DNA of 64,000 nt, taken from the NCBI GenBank assembly GCA_000503835.1, contig CP006914.1, forward strand, positions 721,680-785,679. The letters are read 5' to 3'. The stretch comes from a candidate division WWE3 bacterium RAAC2_WWE3_1. Lineage in GTDB: Bacteria; Patescibacteriota; WWE3; UBA101185; UBA10185. Each line of letters begins with the position of its first letter. Position 1 is the stretch's first letter. Below the pieces are notes generated by a model. It was not told the DNA's origin, ran no database searches, and saw only the letters and a list, made by a program, of their open reading frames with translations. Shown piece by piece: positions 29,212-37,866 of the stretch. Position numbers and translations under genes: made by a program.

Positions 29212-30906
29212 ATGGGTATTCCAGTCACTAAACGACAAAAAGAAGTTTTAGACTTCGTAAAAACCTTCATTGATGATCAGGGCTACTCTCCGACTCTGGA
29301 AGAAATAAAGAAAAAATTACACCTCTCTGCTGTATCAACGGTTCACCAGCATATTAACGCCCTCATTGATAAAGGTTATATAAAAAAGTTCGACAATCTT
29401 GCTCGAGCTATTGAAGTCAATGGCCGGAGGGAAGAAAGTGTAAATAATTTTATAGAAATCCCTCTACTAGGCATGATCGCGGCTGGTAAGCCAATAGAGG
29501 CTATAGAAATACCAGAAACTATTTCCGTGCCTAAAGATTTTACATCAGGCCATGCCCGACACTATGCATTAAAAGTTCGCGGAGATAGTATGCAAGACGA
29601 CGGAATCTTTGATAGTGATACTGTGATTGTCCGCGAACAACCAGTGGTTGATAATGGTGAGATCGGCGTGGCTATTATAAATGGAAACGAAGCTACTCTT
29701 AAAAGAATCTACAAAGAAAAAAATGGTATCAGACTTCAACCAGCCAATGAAAGTTATAAACCTATACTCACCAAGAATGTCGAAATTAGAGGCAAAGTCA
29801 CGGGCGTATTACGAAACAGGTTCGATTCTTTACCTGAACCAGCCCAGCTCCCCTTATTCGTCTATCCTCAAAAAAGCGAACAACGGTTACTTCAAATACA
29901 TAACCGAAGGTTTCTGGGTAACAAAACTAAACTTCTTGGTTTTATAGGAGACATTGTAGCTGACAAATGTCGTGGCTATTATAGCTTTTGTGATATCTTT
30001 GCGGGTACCGGAGTTGTTGGACATTATTTCAATAGGCCAGATACCAAAATCATCTCGAATGATATTCTCGATAGTAGCTTTGTATCTCTTCAATGCTGGC
30101 TGAACACCAAAAATTACAACGAAGAAAAGATATCAAACATCATCGGACATTTAAATAACCTTCAACCGAAGAAAGAGAATTACGTATCGGAAATTTTTGG
30201 CGGCTCTTATTTTACTAAGGAAAATGCACAGAAAATCGGAGCTGTCAGAGAAAAAATAGAAAAACTACATAAAGATGGGGAGATCGACCAGGAAGAGAAA
30301 AATATTCTGCTGACTTCATTAGTTTACGCAATTGATAAAGTGGCTAATACTGTCGGCCATTATGAGACCTATAGAAAAAAACTCGATACAATACAGAGTT
30401 TGCGACTTTTAATGCCAGGCATTGATGTGAAAAACAATCTTAATAATGAAGTTCATCAAAAAGACGCAAATCAACTGATTAGAGAAATCGCGTGTGATGT
30501 GCTTTATATTGATCCACCATACAACTCAAGACAGTATGGAGATTCCTATCACCTACTAGAGAATATTGTTACCTGGGAGAAACCAAAAGTTGAGGGTATA
30601 GGAAAAAAAATGGTAGACCGCGAACATCTAAAAAGCCGTTACTGTTTAAAGGGTGCAGTTCACGCTTTCGAAGATTTGATACAGAACGCAAAAACAAAGC
30701 ATATTCTGGTCTCCTATAACAACACCGGCGAGAAAATGAACGAACGCTCCAACGCTAAAATACCCGATCACAGGATTATTGAGATTTTGAAAGAGCGAGG
30801 AGAGGTTGAGGTCTTCGAGCGAGAATATAAAGCATTCACTACCGGTAAAAGCGAAGCACCGGGTCATACCGAGCGCGTATTTTACTGCAAAGTTACAGGT
30901 AAATAA
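29212..30906 (+). CDS. LexA-like repressor (wHTH plus S24 autopeptidase) fused to a Dam-family (D12 class) N6-adenine DNA methyltransferase
   Basis: Residues 1-200: HTH, AAG cleavage site, GDSM catalytic Ser and LKR Lys of LexA/S24. Residues about 225-564: RRFLGNKTKLL, FCDIFAGTGVVG (motif I) and DPPY (motif IV) of Dam/D12 MTases. Single uninterrupted ORF. Confidence 0.75.
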   Translation: MGIPVTKRQKEVLDFVKTFIDDQGYSPTLEEIKKKLHLSAVSTVHQHINALIDKGYIKKFDNLARAIEVNGRREESVNNFIEIPLLGMIAAGKPIEAIEIPETISVPKDFTSGHARHYALKVRGDSMQDDGIFDSDTVIVREQPVVDNGEIGVAIINGNEATLKRIYKEKNGIRLQPANESYKPILTKNVEIRGKVTGVLRNRFDSLPEPAQLPLFVYPQKSEQRLLQIHNRRFLGNKTKLLGFIGDIVADKCRGYYSFCDIFAGTGVVGHYFNRPDTKIISNDILDSSFVSLQCWLNTKNYNEEKISNIIGHLNNLQPKKENYVSEIFGGSYFTKENAQKIGAVREKIEKLHKDGEIDQEEKNILLTSLVYAIDKVANTVGHYETYRKKLDTIQSLRLLMPGIDVKNNLNNEVHQKDANQLIREIACDVLYIDPPYNSRQYGDSYHLLENIVTWEKPKVEGIGKKMVDREHLKSRYCLKGAVHAFEDLIQNAKTKHILVSYNNTGEKMNERSNAKIPDHRIIEILKERGEVEVFEREYKAFTTGKSEAPGHTERVFYCKVTGK

Positions 30907-30913
30907 TAAATTT

Positions 30914-32731
30914 ATGAAAAAAATTTGGAGCATATCAACAACGGTTAGAAACCCAGAGAGAATCAGGAACTTCCTGGTCGCCCTAAAACCTTTAGATGGT
31001 GAGGTCTGGAATCACGATACTCAAAGGCGATTCCAAATACTCCTCATTCAGCACAAATTATACGGTGCTGGGAATAAACAATTTACAAACAATCTCTCTC
31101 GGGAGCATAGAGAATTGTTGGAAAATTCAGAGACTCTTACCTACGAACAAGCCGAAGAAATTCTAAATGCGAGAAATTATGTCGGTGCTGGTGATATGCG
31201 AGGCCGACAATCATTCAATCCGATTAAAAAGATGGGACTGGCAAAAATAGATGACCAGGGTCGGATTCGGATAACTTCTTTTGGAGAATACCTGCTGAAA
31301 GAAGATGCCGATCTTGGTGAAATGTTCTTTAAGAGTTTTCTTAAATGGCAATTACCGAATCCTCTTTCAAGAGATTTTAAGGTTGAAGATGGATATGACA
31401 TTAAACCTTTCATCGCGACGCTCCACCTCATCAACAAAGTGAATAAAATTTGTCGCAAGCGCGGACTTACTGAGAAAGGGCTATCTCAAGCTGAGTTTGA
31501 TATCTTTGTTCCTACACTTATTAGCTATCAAAATATTCAGGCTCAAGCTCGTAAGGTACTAGAATTTCGAACAGGTCTCGAGAGACTTGCCAATGAGCGA
31601 GAAAAACAAACGTACACCCATAGTTATGTAAGCGAAAACTTTGAAGATTTTGAAAATATGGAACACACCAAGGACTATGGCGACAATATTCGTCGCTATT
31701 TTCGAATGACTAGGTACTTCCATTTGCGTGGCAACGGTTATTATATTGATCTTGAGCCAAGGAGAAGTATTGAAATTCAAAAGATATTGAAGACGGACAA
31801 CGGCTCAAGCCAAGATTTTACTGCGGAAGCATATATTGATTACATCTCTGACATTAACCTGCCAATTCTGCCTTGGGAAACTCAAACAGAGTTGGTGCGA
31901 ATTAGTAACTATACAGCTGATGATATCAGGCAGTATCAAAACCAACTCAGAGAACAAAGAATACAAATACCTGATTTTGAATTTAAGAACACCGATCGTC
32001 TTTCGGTTGAACAACTAAAAGCCTATGTCGGTGAATTGAGAGATTACCGCAGAACTCTTCAAGAAACCGAGGATCACTTTGTATCTCAGAATGTCGACAA
32101 GGTCAGAGAATATATAGATCGGCTACGCAACATTCGACAATCCAAAGAGAAAAAGAGCATTGAGCTTGAACATTTAGCTACTCTAGCTTTGAATGCTATT
32201 AATGACGCACTTGCAATAAAGCCAAACTATCCAGTGGGAGACGATAACCAGCCAACTTTTACAGCACCAGCAAACAAACCAGACATTGAATGTTTCTACG
32301 ACGCATTTAATGGCGTATGCGAAGTAACCATGCTTACTAACCGCGCTCAGTGGATGCAAGAAGGTCAGCCAGTAATGAGACATCTAAGGGACTTCGAGGA
32401 TGCAAATAATAGTAAAGATACTTACTGTTTGTTTGTCGCTCCAACTTTGCATAGAGACACCGTAAATACTTTCTGGACAGCTGTTAAATATGAGTATGAA
32501 GGACGTCGACAAAAGATCGTACCGTTGACGATTAATGAACTCGCAAAATTACTAGAAGCGATTATTGCGATGAAGGACCGTGGTCAGCGACTTGATCACC
32601 GGCAACTCATGAATCTTTACGATTCCATAATCAACTTGACCAGCACAGCGCCTAGCTCTGATGTCTGGACTTCGCAAATATCCGGAGTCGTCGAACAGTG
32701 GTCTCGAGAAATTTTATCAGCACAAGTATGA
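30914..32731 (+). CDS. Type IIS restriction/nicking endonuclease, AlwI/N.BstNBI (RE_AlwI) family
   Basis: N-terminal WSISTTVRNPERI..GEVW, central RRYFRMTRYFHLRGNGYYIDLEP, PDIECFYDAFNGVCEVT, YCLFVAPT and C-terminal IVPLTINELAKLL. These co-linear blocks match N.BstNBI/AlwI family proteins as I recall them. Start set at ATG 30914 just after the upstream stop; the ORF track's 30806 start overlaps the upstream gene. Confidence 0.7.
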   Translation: MKKIWSISTTVRNPERIRNFLVALKPLDGEVWNHDTQRRFQILLIQHKLYGAGNKQFTNNLSREHRELLENSETLTYEQAEEILNARNYVGAGDMRGRQSFNPIKKMGLAKIDDQGRIRITSFGEYLLKEDADLGEMFFKSFLKWQLPNPLSRDFKVEDGYDIKPFIATLHLINKVNKICRKRGLTEKGLSQAEFDIFVPTLISYQNIQAQARKVLEFRTGLERLANEREKQTYTHSYVSENFEDFENMEHTKDYGDNIRRYFRMTRYFHLRGNGYYIDLEPRRSIEIQKILKTDNGSSQDFTAEAYIDYISDINLPILPWETQTELVRISNYTADDIRQYQNQLREQRIQIPDFEFKNTDRLSVEQLKAYVGELRDYRRTLQETEDHFVSQNVDKVREYIDRLRNIRQSKEKKSIELEHLATLALNAINDALAIKPNYPVGDDNQPTFTAPANKPDIECFYDAFNGVCEVTMLTNRAQWMQEGQPVMRHLRDFEDANNSKDTYCLFVAPTLHRDTVNTFWTAVKYEYEGRRQKIVPLTINELAKLLEAIIAMKDRGQRLDHRQLMNLYDSIINLTSTAPSSDVWTSQISGVVEQWSREILSAQV

Positions 32732-33498
32732 AGCTAAACACCATTCACAAAGGCGATTGCCGGACAATATTAAATAAGGACATCCCGGAAGAAAGCGTGG
32801 ATTTGATTTTTGCCGATCCTCCATACAACCTGTCAGGGAATGGCCTTAAATGGGAAGGAAATAAAACAGGTGGAGACTGGTTCATGGTTAACGAAAAGTG
32901 GGACCGGATGACCGAAGCCGAGTATTTAAAATTTACCAAAGAATGGATAGAGGCCTGCAAAAGAGTTTTAAAACCGACTGGCAGTATTTATATTTCCTGC
33001 ACATATCATAATATTGGTGAACTAATCATGGTTCTTAAGGCTCTTGGATTTATTCCAAGGAATATTATTACCTGGCACAAGAATAACGCTATGCCAAGCA
33101 TGACTCGACGCACCTTTACTCATTCATGCGAATACATACTATTTTTCTCAAAGGGTAAGAAATGGGTATTTAATTATTCAGAGATCAAAAAAATAAATCC
33201 AGAGAGAGCAAAAGATGGGTCCGAAAAACAAATGCGTGATCTCTGGATTATGCCTATTGTACAGGGCAAAGAACGAGTGAAGGATAAAACCGGTCGCTCT
33301 GCTCATCCAACACAAAAACCAGAGAATCTACTTGAAAGAGTTATCCTGGCTAGCAGCAACAAAGGAGATATTGTCCTTGATCCTTTTCTCGGAAGTGGAA
33401 CTACTGCAGTAGTAGCTAAACGTTTGGGTAGGAAATGGGTAGGTATTGAAACTGAAGATAAGTATGTAAAAGTCGCTGAAAAACGCCTCAATAATTAG
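32728..33498 (+). CDS. beta-class N6-adenine/N4-cytosine DNA methyltransferase (N6_N4_Mtase)
   Basis: DPPY (motif IV) precedes FLGSGTT (motif I), which is the beta permutation. ATG 32728 overlaps the endonuclease stop (ATGA), suggesting translational coupling. Confidence 0.8.
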   Translation: MKLNTIHKGDCRTILNKDIPEESVDLIFADPPYNLSGNGLKWEGNKTGGDWFMVNEKWDRMTEAEYLKFTKEWIEACKRVLKPTGSIYISCTYHNIGELIMVLKALGFIPRNIITWHKNNAMPSMTRRTFTHSCEYILFFSKGKKWVFNYSEIKKINPERAKDGSEKQMRDLWIMPIVQGKERVKDKTGRSAHPTQKPENLLERVILASSNKGDIVLDPFLGSGTTAVVAKRLGRKWVGIETEDKYVKVAEKRLNN

Positions 33499-33516
33499 AT
33501 ATTCACAAATAAGCAT

Positions 33517-33546
33517 TGACGGTCCATTCTCGGACCAGCTATAATA
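33517..33546 (+). promoter_or_regulatory. strong sigma-70-like promoter TTGACG-18-TATAAT
   Basis: TTGACG at 33517 and TATAAT at 33541. The spacer contains the palindrome GGTCC..GGACC. Confidence 0.5.
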
Positions 33547-33552
33547 AATACA

Positions 33553-33690
33553 TCAGAGTTAGTTGGTCTGACGGCGACTGAGTTCTCAGTCTAAACGCGA
33601 CGGGACTACGACTACTGTTATCGGCACTGCCATTTGGCGTGTGCATTTGATGACAAGAGTCGTGGTCCCGTTTTTGTTTTCCAGCTCGCT
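33553..33690 (+). ncRNA. candidate small RNA (about 135 nt) bounded by a promoter and an intrinsic terminator
   Basis: Downstream of the promoter there is no ORF with an RBS. Long hairpin GGGACTACGACT..AGTCGTGGTCCC followed by GTTTTTGTTTT at 33601..33690. Confidence 0.4.
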
Positions 33691-33791
33691 CTGCTAATAA
33701 ATAATTTCCCTCTGAGGCTAAGGTGCCTCGATTAGACTGACGAATTTGATTAGACAGATAAAGGCTAGTTCCCGGCAGGGGCCAGCCTTTT

Positions 33792-33992
33792 ATGTTGCCC
33801 CAAGAAGCAATTCAAGAATTCAAAGAATTATACGAGAAACGCTACGGCGTAAAGCTCTCCGACGAGGAGGCCGCTTTGCGTGCCAACAATCTTTTTAAAC
33901 TCTACAAAATCACCTACATGGGTGAGCCAAACATCGATGACTTTAAAGAAAAAGTAGTGAAAAGCCATGACCTACAACAAAACCACAATTAG
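33792..33992 (+). CDS. hypothetical small protein
   Basis: 66-aa ORF. Upstream tandem GATTAGAC(A) direct repeats at 33745..33771. Confidence 0.3.
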   Translation: MLPQEAIQEFKELYEKRYGVKLSDEEAALRANNLFKLYKITYMGEPNIDDFKEKVVKSHDLQQNHN

Positions 33993-34275
33993 CGAAACCC
34001 AGTTCTATCCGGTTAAACCCCAGGACGGCCTCCTAGGGTTTGTTTTGTTTGTCCTGGACGGGAAATTCTGGATGGGATCAGTGGCCGTGTTTAGTCGGCC
34101 GGACGGCCGATACCGGTTGGTTTACCCGACACGAAAAGTTGGCGGCCAAAATATTAATGTCTTTCATCCAATTAACCAAGAGGCAGGCCAACAGGTCGAA
34201 GCGGCCGTCAGTGAAAAAGTAGCTGAAATATTTAGTGAATCATGTGAACAAACCGAACCGGACAACACGTGGTAA
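33967..34275 (+). CDS. SpoVG-like protein
   Basis: FYPVKPQDGLLGFVLFVLDGKFWMGSVAVFSRPDGRYRLVYPTRKV...VFHPINQEAGQQVEAAV parallels the SpoVG fold (..ASITLD..F.V....G..VAMPS......HPIN...R..I). Confidence 0.45.
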   Translation: MTYNKTTISETQFYPVKPQDGLLGFVLFVLDGKFWMGSVAVFSRPDGRYRLVYPTRKVGGQNINVFHPINQEAGQQVEAAVSEKVAEIFSESCEQTEPDNTW

Positions 34276-34675
34276 AAGCTTAAATTTCTTTCCCGCTCCT
34301 CACCTAGTCTTCGATGACGACCGGCTGAAGAATTCGCTCACACATGCCGAGCGAGATTTTCTCATGGTAATCTGCCATCTCTCAAACCGCTATGCAAATG
34401 CAGACGGCTGGTTTTGGCATACCGATCGATTGTTTACGACGCGCGAAGATAAAGAGCGCGGGTTCGCTTCGTTCGGATTAAGTAGATCAACATGCCGACG
34501 TGTGAGAAAGAAGCTTGCCAGCCTTGGACTTATAGAAATCAGACCGGGAACATCGGAACGCGGCCGGTGGGCCGGAACTTTGTATCGCCTTAACCCAAAA
34601 CTTCTCCAATCCACCGAGGTTCATAATGAAGCACGGTCAGGCGTCTTGGAGAATCACGGCCCAGCTCCACCATGA
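34235..34675 (+). CDS. HTH-domain protein (replication-initiator/DnaD-like candidate), GC-rich
   Basis: FGLSRSTCRRVRKKLASLGLIE helix-turn-helix. Local GC is elevated. The start may be internal because the 5' end overlaps the upstream gene. Confidence 0.35.
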   Translation: MNHVNKPNRTTRGKSLNFFPAPHLVFDDDRLKNSLTHAERDFLMVICHLSNRYANADGWFWHTDRLFTTREDKERGFASFGLSRSTCRRVRKKLASLGLIEIRPGTSERGRWAGTLYRLNPKLLQSTEVHNEARSGVLENHGPAPP

Positions 34676-34725
34676 AGCACTTAGTAATAAAGATTGAGTA
34701 AGAAAGAAATAATAATAAAGCTTAA

Positions 34726-35148
34726 ATAAAGCTCGATGGAAAAATAACCGAGGATTTTTATCAAGAAAAGTACCAAGAGTTTACAGCTGAAAGAAATGAA
34801 CTCATTGTCCAAAGAAAGAAGCTAAACACAAAGGATAATAGTTTCTATGAGAAAACTACCGCTCTTTATGATGTAGCTCAAAAAGGTATTGAGATTTACG
34901 AGGAATCTAAAGAGTTAAGGAAACGCAGATTAATACGGCTTATATTTACAGACATGACCCTTAATAGTGGAATATTATATTTTGCCTACATAAAGCCATA
35001 TATGATATTAAGAAAAGCGGTTGAAGAAACTAATGGTTCGAAAGTAGCTGAAGACGAGACTTTTATGGAAAATATTTTCGAACTTAAGGATTTTAGCGGT
35101 GTTAAAGCAGAAATGGAGCCTTTGGGCATTGATTGTTCTTTATGGCTC
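34726..35148 (+). pseudogene. gene fragment, copy 2 of the duplicated unknown gene, truncated at both ends and abutting the tRNA-Asn 3' end
   Basis: No start codon. About 75% identical to 24793..25150. Identity to copy 1 ends at TGGCTCC, exactly where the minus-strand tRNA 3' terminus (TGGCTCCCCCGGG) begins. Confidence 0.5.
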
Positions 35149-35183
35149 CCCCGGGTGGATTCGAACCACCAACCTGCCGATTA

Positions 35184-35752
35184 CATGTGATCCGTTTGTT
35201 TCCAAACAGCATGGACTATCTCATCATCTTTTGTGTCACCACATTAAGATGTCGGGCGCTCTAGGGTGTAATCACCTAGTCTCTGCACCTTTTCATGTGT
35301 ACCCGGCAAGGCGTACAAATGAACTTGGCTCAGGATTACCATGTCCGTCGATTAATCGACAGAGTTAGGTTTCCCTGAGTTCACCCAATTTTTCAACCGT
35401 CGTTTCCGGCGGAAGCTGCACTACTCCGTTATGAATTTCCTTGTGACAGTTCGAACAGACTAAAACACATTTTTCAAGCTCTCTTTTAATTGTTTCCCAA
35501 CTTCTCGTTAGTCCGCGACTGGCGAGCCCGAAGTCTTTTTTCTGCCCATCTTTATGGTGAAACTCTAATGCCGCAAAGCATTTGTTATAACCACAAAGGT
35601 TGCATTTATTTCCAAGGTACTCGACTGCCAGCATTTTCAGTTTTCGTCTTCTCTTAGAGACAGCGAGACTGAGATAGCGGGGTCTGTCTGAGTACCTTCG
35701 GGTTTCCTTCGTCACAAGATATTTATATAACTTTCATAACGGTTGTCAACGT
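35184..35752 (-). other. tRNA intron (group I-like, inferred) carrying an HNH endonuclease ORF
   Basis: Lies between the two tRNA-Asn exons. Contains CDS 35365..35715 on the same strand. The secondary structure was not verified. Confidence 0.45.
35365..35715 (-). CDS. HNH homing endonuclease
   Basis: CNLCGYNKC...EFHHKDGQKKD...CSNCHKEIHNG. Canonical HNH motif with zinc-binding Cys pairs. 116 aa. Confidence 0.7.
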   Translation of the reverse strand: MTKETRRYSDRPRYLSLAVSKRRRKLKMLAVEYLGNKCNLCGYNKCFAALEFHHKDGQKKDFGLASRGLTRSWETIKRELEKCVLVCSNCHKEIHNGVVQLPPETTVEKLGELRET

Positions 35753-35857
35753 ACAGTCGGACGCTCTACCATTGAGCTACAGGGGAACGAAGCACAGAAA
35801 TACTAACATAACCGCTTCGGGGCTTCAATAATCGATTACTTTTCTATTTAGTGGATT

Positions 35858-36724
35858 TTACGGCTTTTCCTGAGTAGCAACTTCGACAGGATTCTTCCCA
35901 ATCTCCCTCAGCACAAAAACCCCCATTACCAAATTCACCGCCAGAAACCAATATGTAATCGGCATCGGCAGGTTTACAACGCTTAGAACAGTATCTATAA
36001 GCACGGGGAGGGTCATGGCGTGAAGCCCTATCCTAAAAGCATTTTTGTAGGGGACACCGGCCCCCAGTGCCCTTCCGGCAATAAATAACAGACCACCGAT
36101 GACTAATAGATAGGCGCCCCTAAAAATGGAATAGTAGACCATGAGCCCTGCAAACACCGGTACTATCAGGAACAGAGGAAGTATCCAGCCTGAAACCTCG
36201 CGGACATCTGTAATAGTTTTCGTTACTTTGCCTTTATCCAATATCGTGTCCGGTATGTCTTTAAGAGGATAAACTCCCGGTTCTCCTGCCTTTTTGATTA
36301 GGAGATTTTTTTCGTTTACAAGTAGGGCGGTGTTGTATTTCTCGAGGTCCCCGACCGTTCCGTTTTTATCGAAAACCACAAGGTTAGCGGGTAGTTTTTC
36401 TTTATCCTCAGCTTCATAGTTTCCCGGGAAAGGTATTACCAGGGGCTGAGGCTGGTTTATTTCCCACTCCCCGGCTTTTATCGTGAAAACCAGGTTTTCC
36501 GGGTATACCCTTTCGGCTTCGGAAAGTGCATTTTGGAAGGTATCTCGAATCTTCGGAGCCTCGATAAAGTAAGTTCCGACAGAGGTAACCACCGCGGCTA
36601 TCAGCACAAGGACCGCGTAGTACTTCAAAGAAAACTCAAAATGTGTTTTCAGAATTTCGTCATAATATTTGGGGGACACTACGCTTTTATATGCGACGTA
36701 GAAAAATGCTTTAATCTTTTTCAC
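35858..36724 (-). CDS. membrane protein (DUF1189-like), hypothetical
   Basis: 288 aa with N-terminal and C-terminal TM segments and a large extracytoplasmic middle. Family assignment is tentative. Confidence 0.35.
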   Translation of the reverse strand: MKKIKAFFYVAYKSVVSPKYYDEILKTHFEFSLKYYAVLVLIAAVVTSVGTYFIEAPKIRDTFQNALSEAERVYPENLVFTIKAGEWEINQPQPLVIPFPGNYEAEDKEKLPANLVVFDKNGTVGDLEKYNTALLVNEKNLLIKKAGEPGVYPLKDIPDTILDKGKVTKTITDVREVSGWILPLFLIVPVFAGLMVYYSIFRGAYLLVIGGLLFIAGRALGAGVPYKNAFRIGLHAMTLPVLIDTVLSVVNLPMPITYWFLAVNLVMGVFVLREIGKNPVEVATQEKP

Positions 36725-36820
36725 CTAAGTATTTTAACACGCCACAACGCAGAAGGAGGGTAGGGCGCTCCCACCACATTGGTTGACTTCTCAAGTCATA
36801 TAGACTAATATCTATTCGTT

Positions 36821-37099
36821 ATGTCAGAGACACCTTGCATAAAGTGTTTCGGCACCCTGGGTGTCGGATCACGCATGAAAATATTCGAATATCTTAGAAA
36901 AACCGGCAAATCCACGGTTAATGAGATAGTGGGGTTTATTAATTTAACACAGCCCACAATCTCCTATCATTTGAGAGAGATGAAGATGGCAGGTCTTCTG
37001 GAGAGCGACAAATCAGGCAAGGAGGTCTTCTACTCCATTAGAAGACGCTGCCCTTCCCGTAACGGTGATTGTATACTTAGTAAGGTAAGATTTTCGTAA
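36821..37099 (+). CDS. ArsR/SmtB-family transcriptional regulator, candidate suf regulator with C-terminal Cys pair
   Basis: HTH LTQPTISYHLREMKMAGLL. C-terminal CPSRNGDC. Directly upstream of sufC with a 1-nt overlap. Confidence 0.6.
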   Translation: MSETPCIKCFGTLGVGSRMKIFEYLRKTGKSTVNEIVGFINLTQPTISYHLREMKMAGLLESDKSGKEVFYSIRRRCPSRNGDCILSKVRFS

Positions 37100-37866
37100 T
37101 GGTGTATTCCCTTGAAATAAAAAACTTAAGATCGGGTATTGAGCAAAAAGAGATATTGAAGGGTGTCGACCTTACGATAAAACCCAAAGAAGTTCACGCC
37201 TTAATGGGAAGGAACGGTTCAGGTAAGAGTACGCTTGCTCAGACTTTAATGGGGAGTCCCACATACAAAGTACTGGAGGGTTCCGCCAAAATTTTCGGAA
37301 AAGATATTCTGGAACTTGAAACTACCGAACGCGCAAAAACCGGTCTATTTCTGTCTTTCCAGTATCCGAGCGAAATACCGGGAGTGAAAGTTTACAGTTT
37401 TTTAAGGATGATTTACAACAAGTCTCATGAAGCTAAATTGTCCCCCAGAATGTTCAGAGAGTTTTTAGAGAAAAAGATTGAAGTTCTTGAAATGGACCCG
37501 TCCTTTTCGGATCGTTTTTTGAACGAAGGTTTTTCGGGAGGCGAGAAAAAAAGAATGGAAATGCTTCAGATGCTCATGTTGGAACCAAAAGTAATTATTC
37601 TCGATGAAGTAGATAGCGGCCTTGATATTGATGCGATAAAAGTTGTTTCCCGCGCGGTAAATTATTTAATTGAGGAACACAACTCTTCCGTATTACTCAT
37701 AACTCATTACTCAAGGATTCTAAATTACATCAAACCCGATTTTGTTCATATAATGCTCGACGGAAAAATCGTTAAAACAGGCGGAGAAGAGGTGGCATCG
37801 CATTTGGAGGAATACGGCTACAGCGATTCCGAGTTGGACGTTCCCGTTTTAAAGAATGAAGAATAA
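37099..37866 (+). CDS. sufC: Fe-S cluster assembly ATPase SufC
   Basis: Walker [13 protein letters not shown] signature FSGGEKKR, Walker [11 protein letters not shown]. 255 aa. Confidence 0.9.
   Translation: MVYSLEIKNLRSGIEQKEILKGVDLTIKPKEVHALMGRNGSGKSTLAQTLMGSPTYKVLEGSAKIFGKDILELETTERAKTGLFLSFQYPSEIPGVKVYSFLRMIYNKSHEAKLSPRMFREFLEKKIEVLEMDPSFSDRFLNEGFSGGEKKRMEMLQMLMLEPKVIILDEVDSGLDIDAIKVVSRAVNYLIEEHNSSVLLITHYSRILNYIKPDFVHIMLDGKIVKTGGEEVASHLEEYGYSDSELDVPVLKNEE

Larger units (their letters stand above)
35143..35786 (-). tRNA. tRNA-Asn(GUU) interrupted by a 569-nt intron (exons 35753..35786 and 35143..35183)
   Basis: 5' exon TCCCCTG-TA-GCTC-AATGGTA-GAGC-G-TCCGA-CTGT. 3' exon TAA-TCGGC-AGGTT-GGTGG-TTCGAAT-CCACC-CGGGGGA-G-CCA. 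The U1-A72 acceptor and overall layout parallel E. coli tRNA-Asn. Intron placement follows the group I rule (exon ends in U, intron ends in G). Confidence 0.6.

Noticed and set aside
30806-30913. In-frame upstream extension of the endonuclease ORF overlapping the MTase gene
   Set aside because: No start codon or RBS is needed there. ATG 30914 sits 8 nt after the upstream stop and gives the conserved N-terminus MKKIWSISTT.
35099-35368. 89-aa plus-strand ORF (..GSPGWIRTTNLPITC..)
   Set aside because: It is the antisense translation of the tRNA-Asn 3' exon and intron. The PGWIRTTNL-type peptide is the typical signature of tRNA-complementary sequence.
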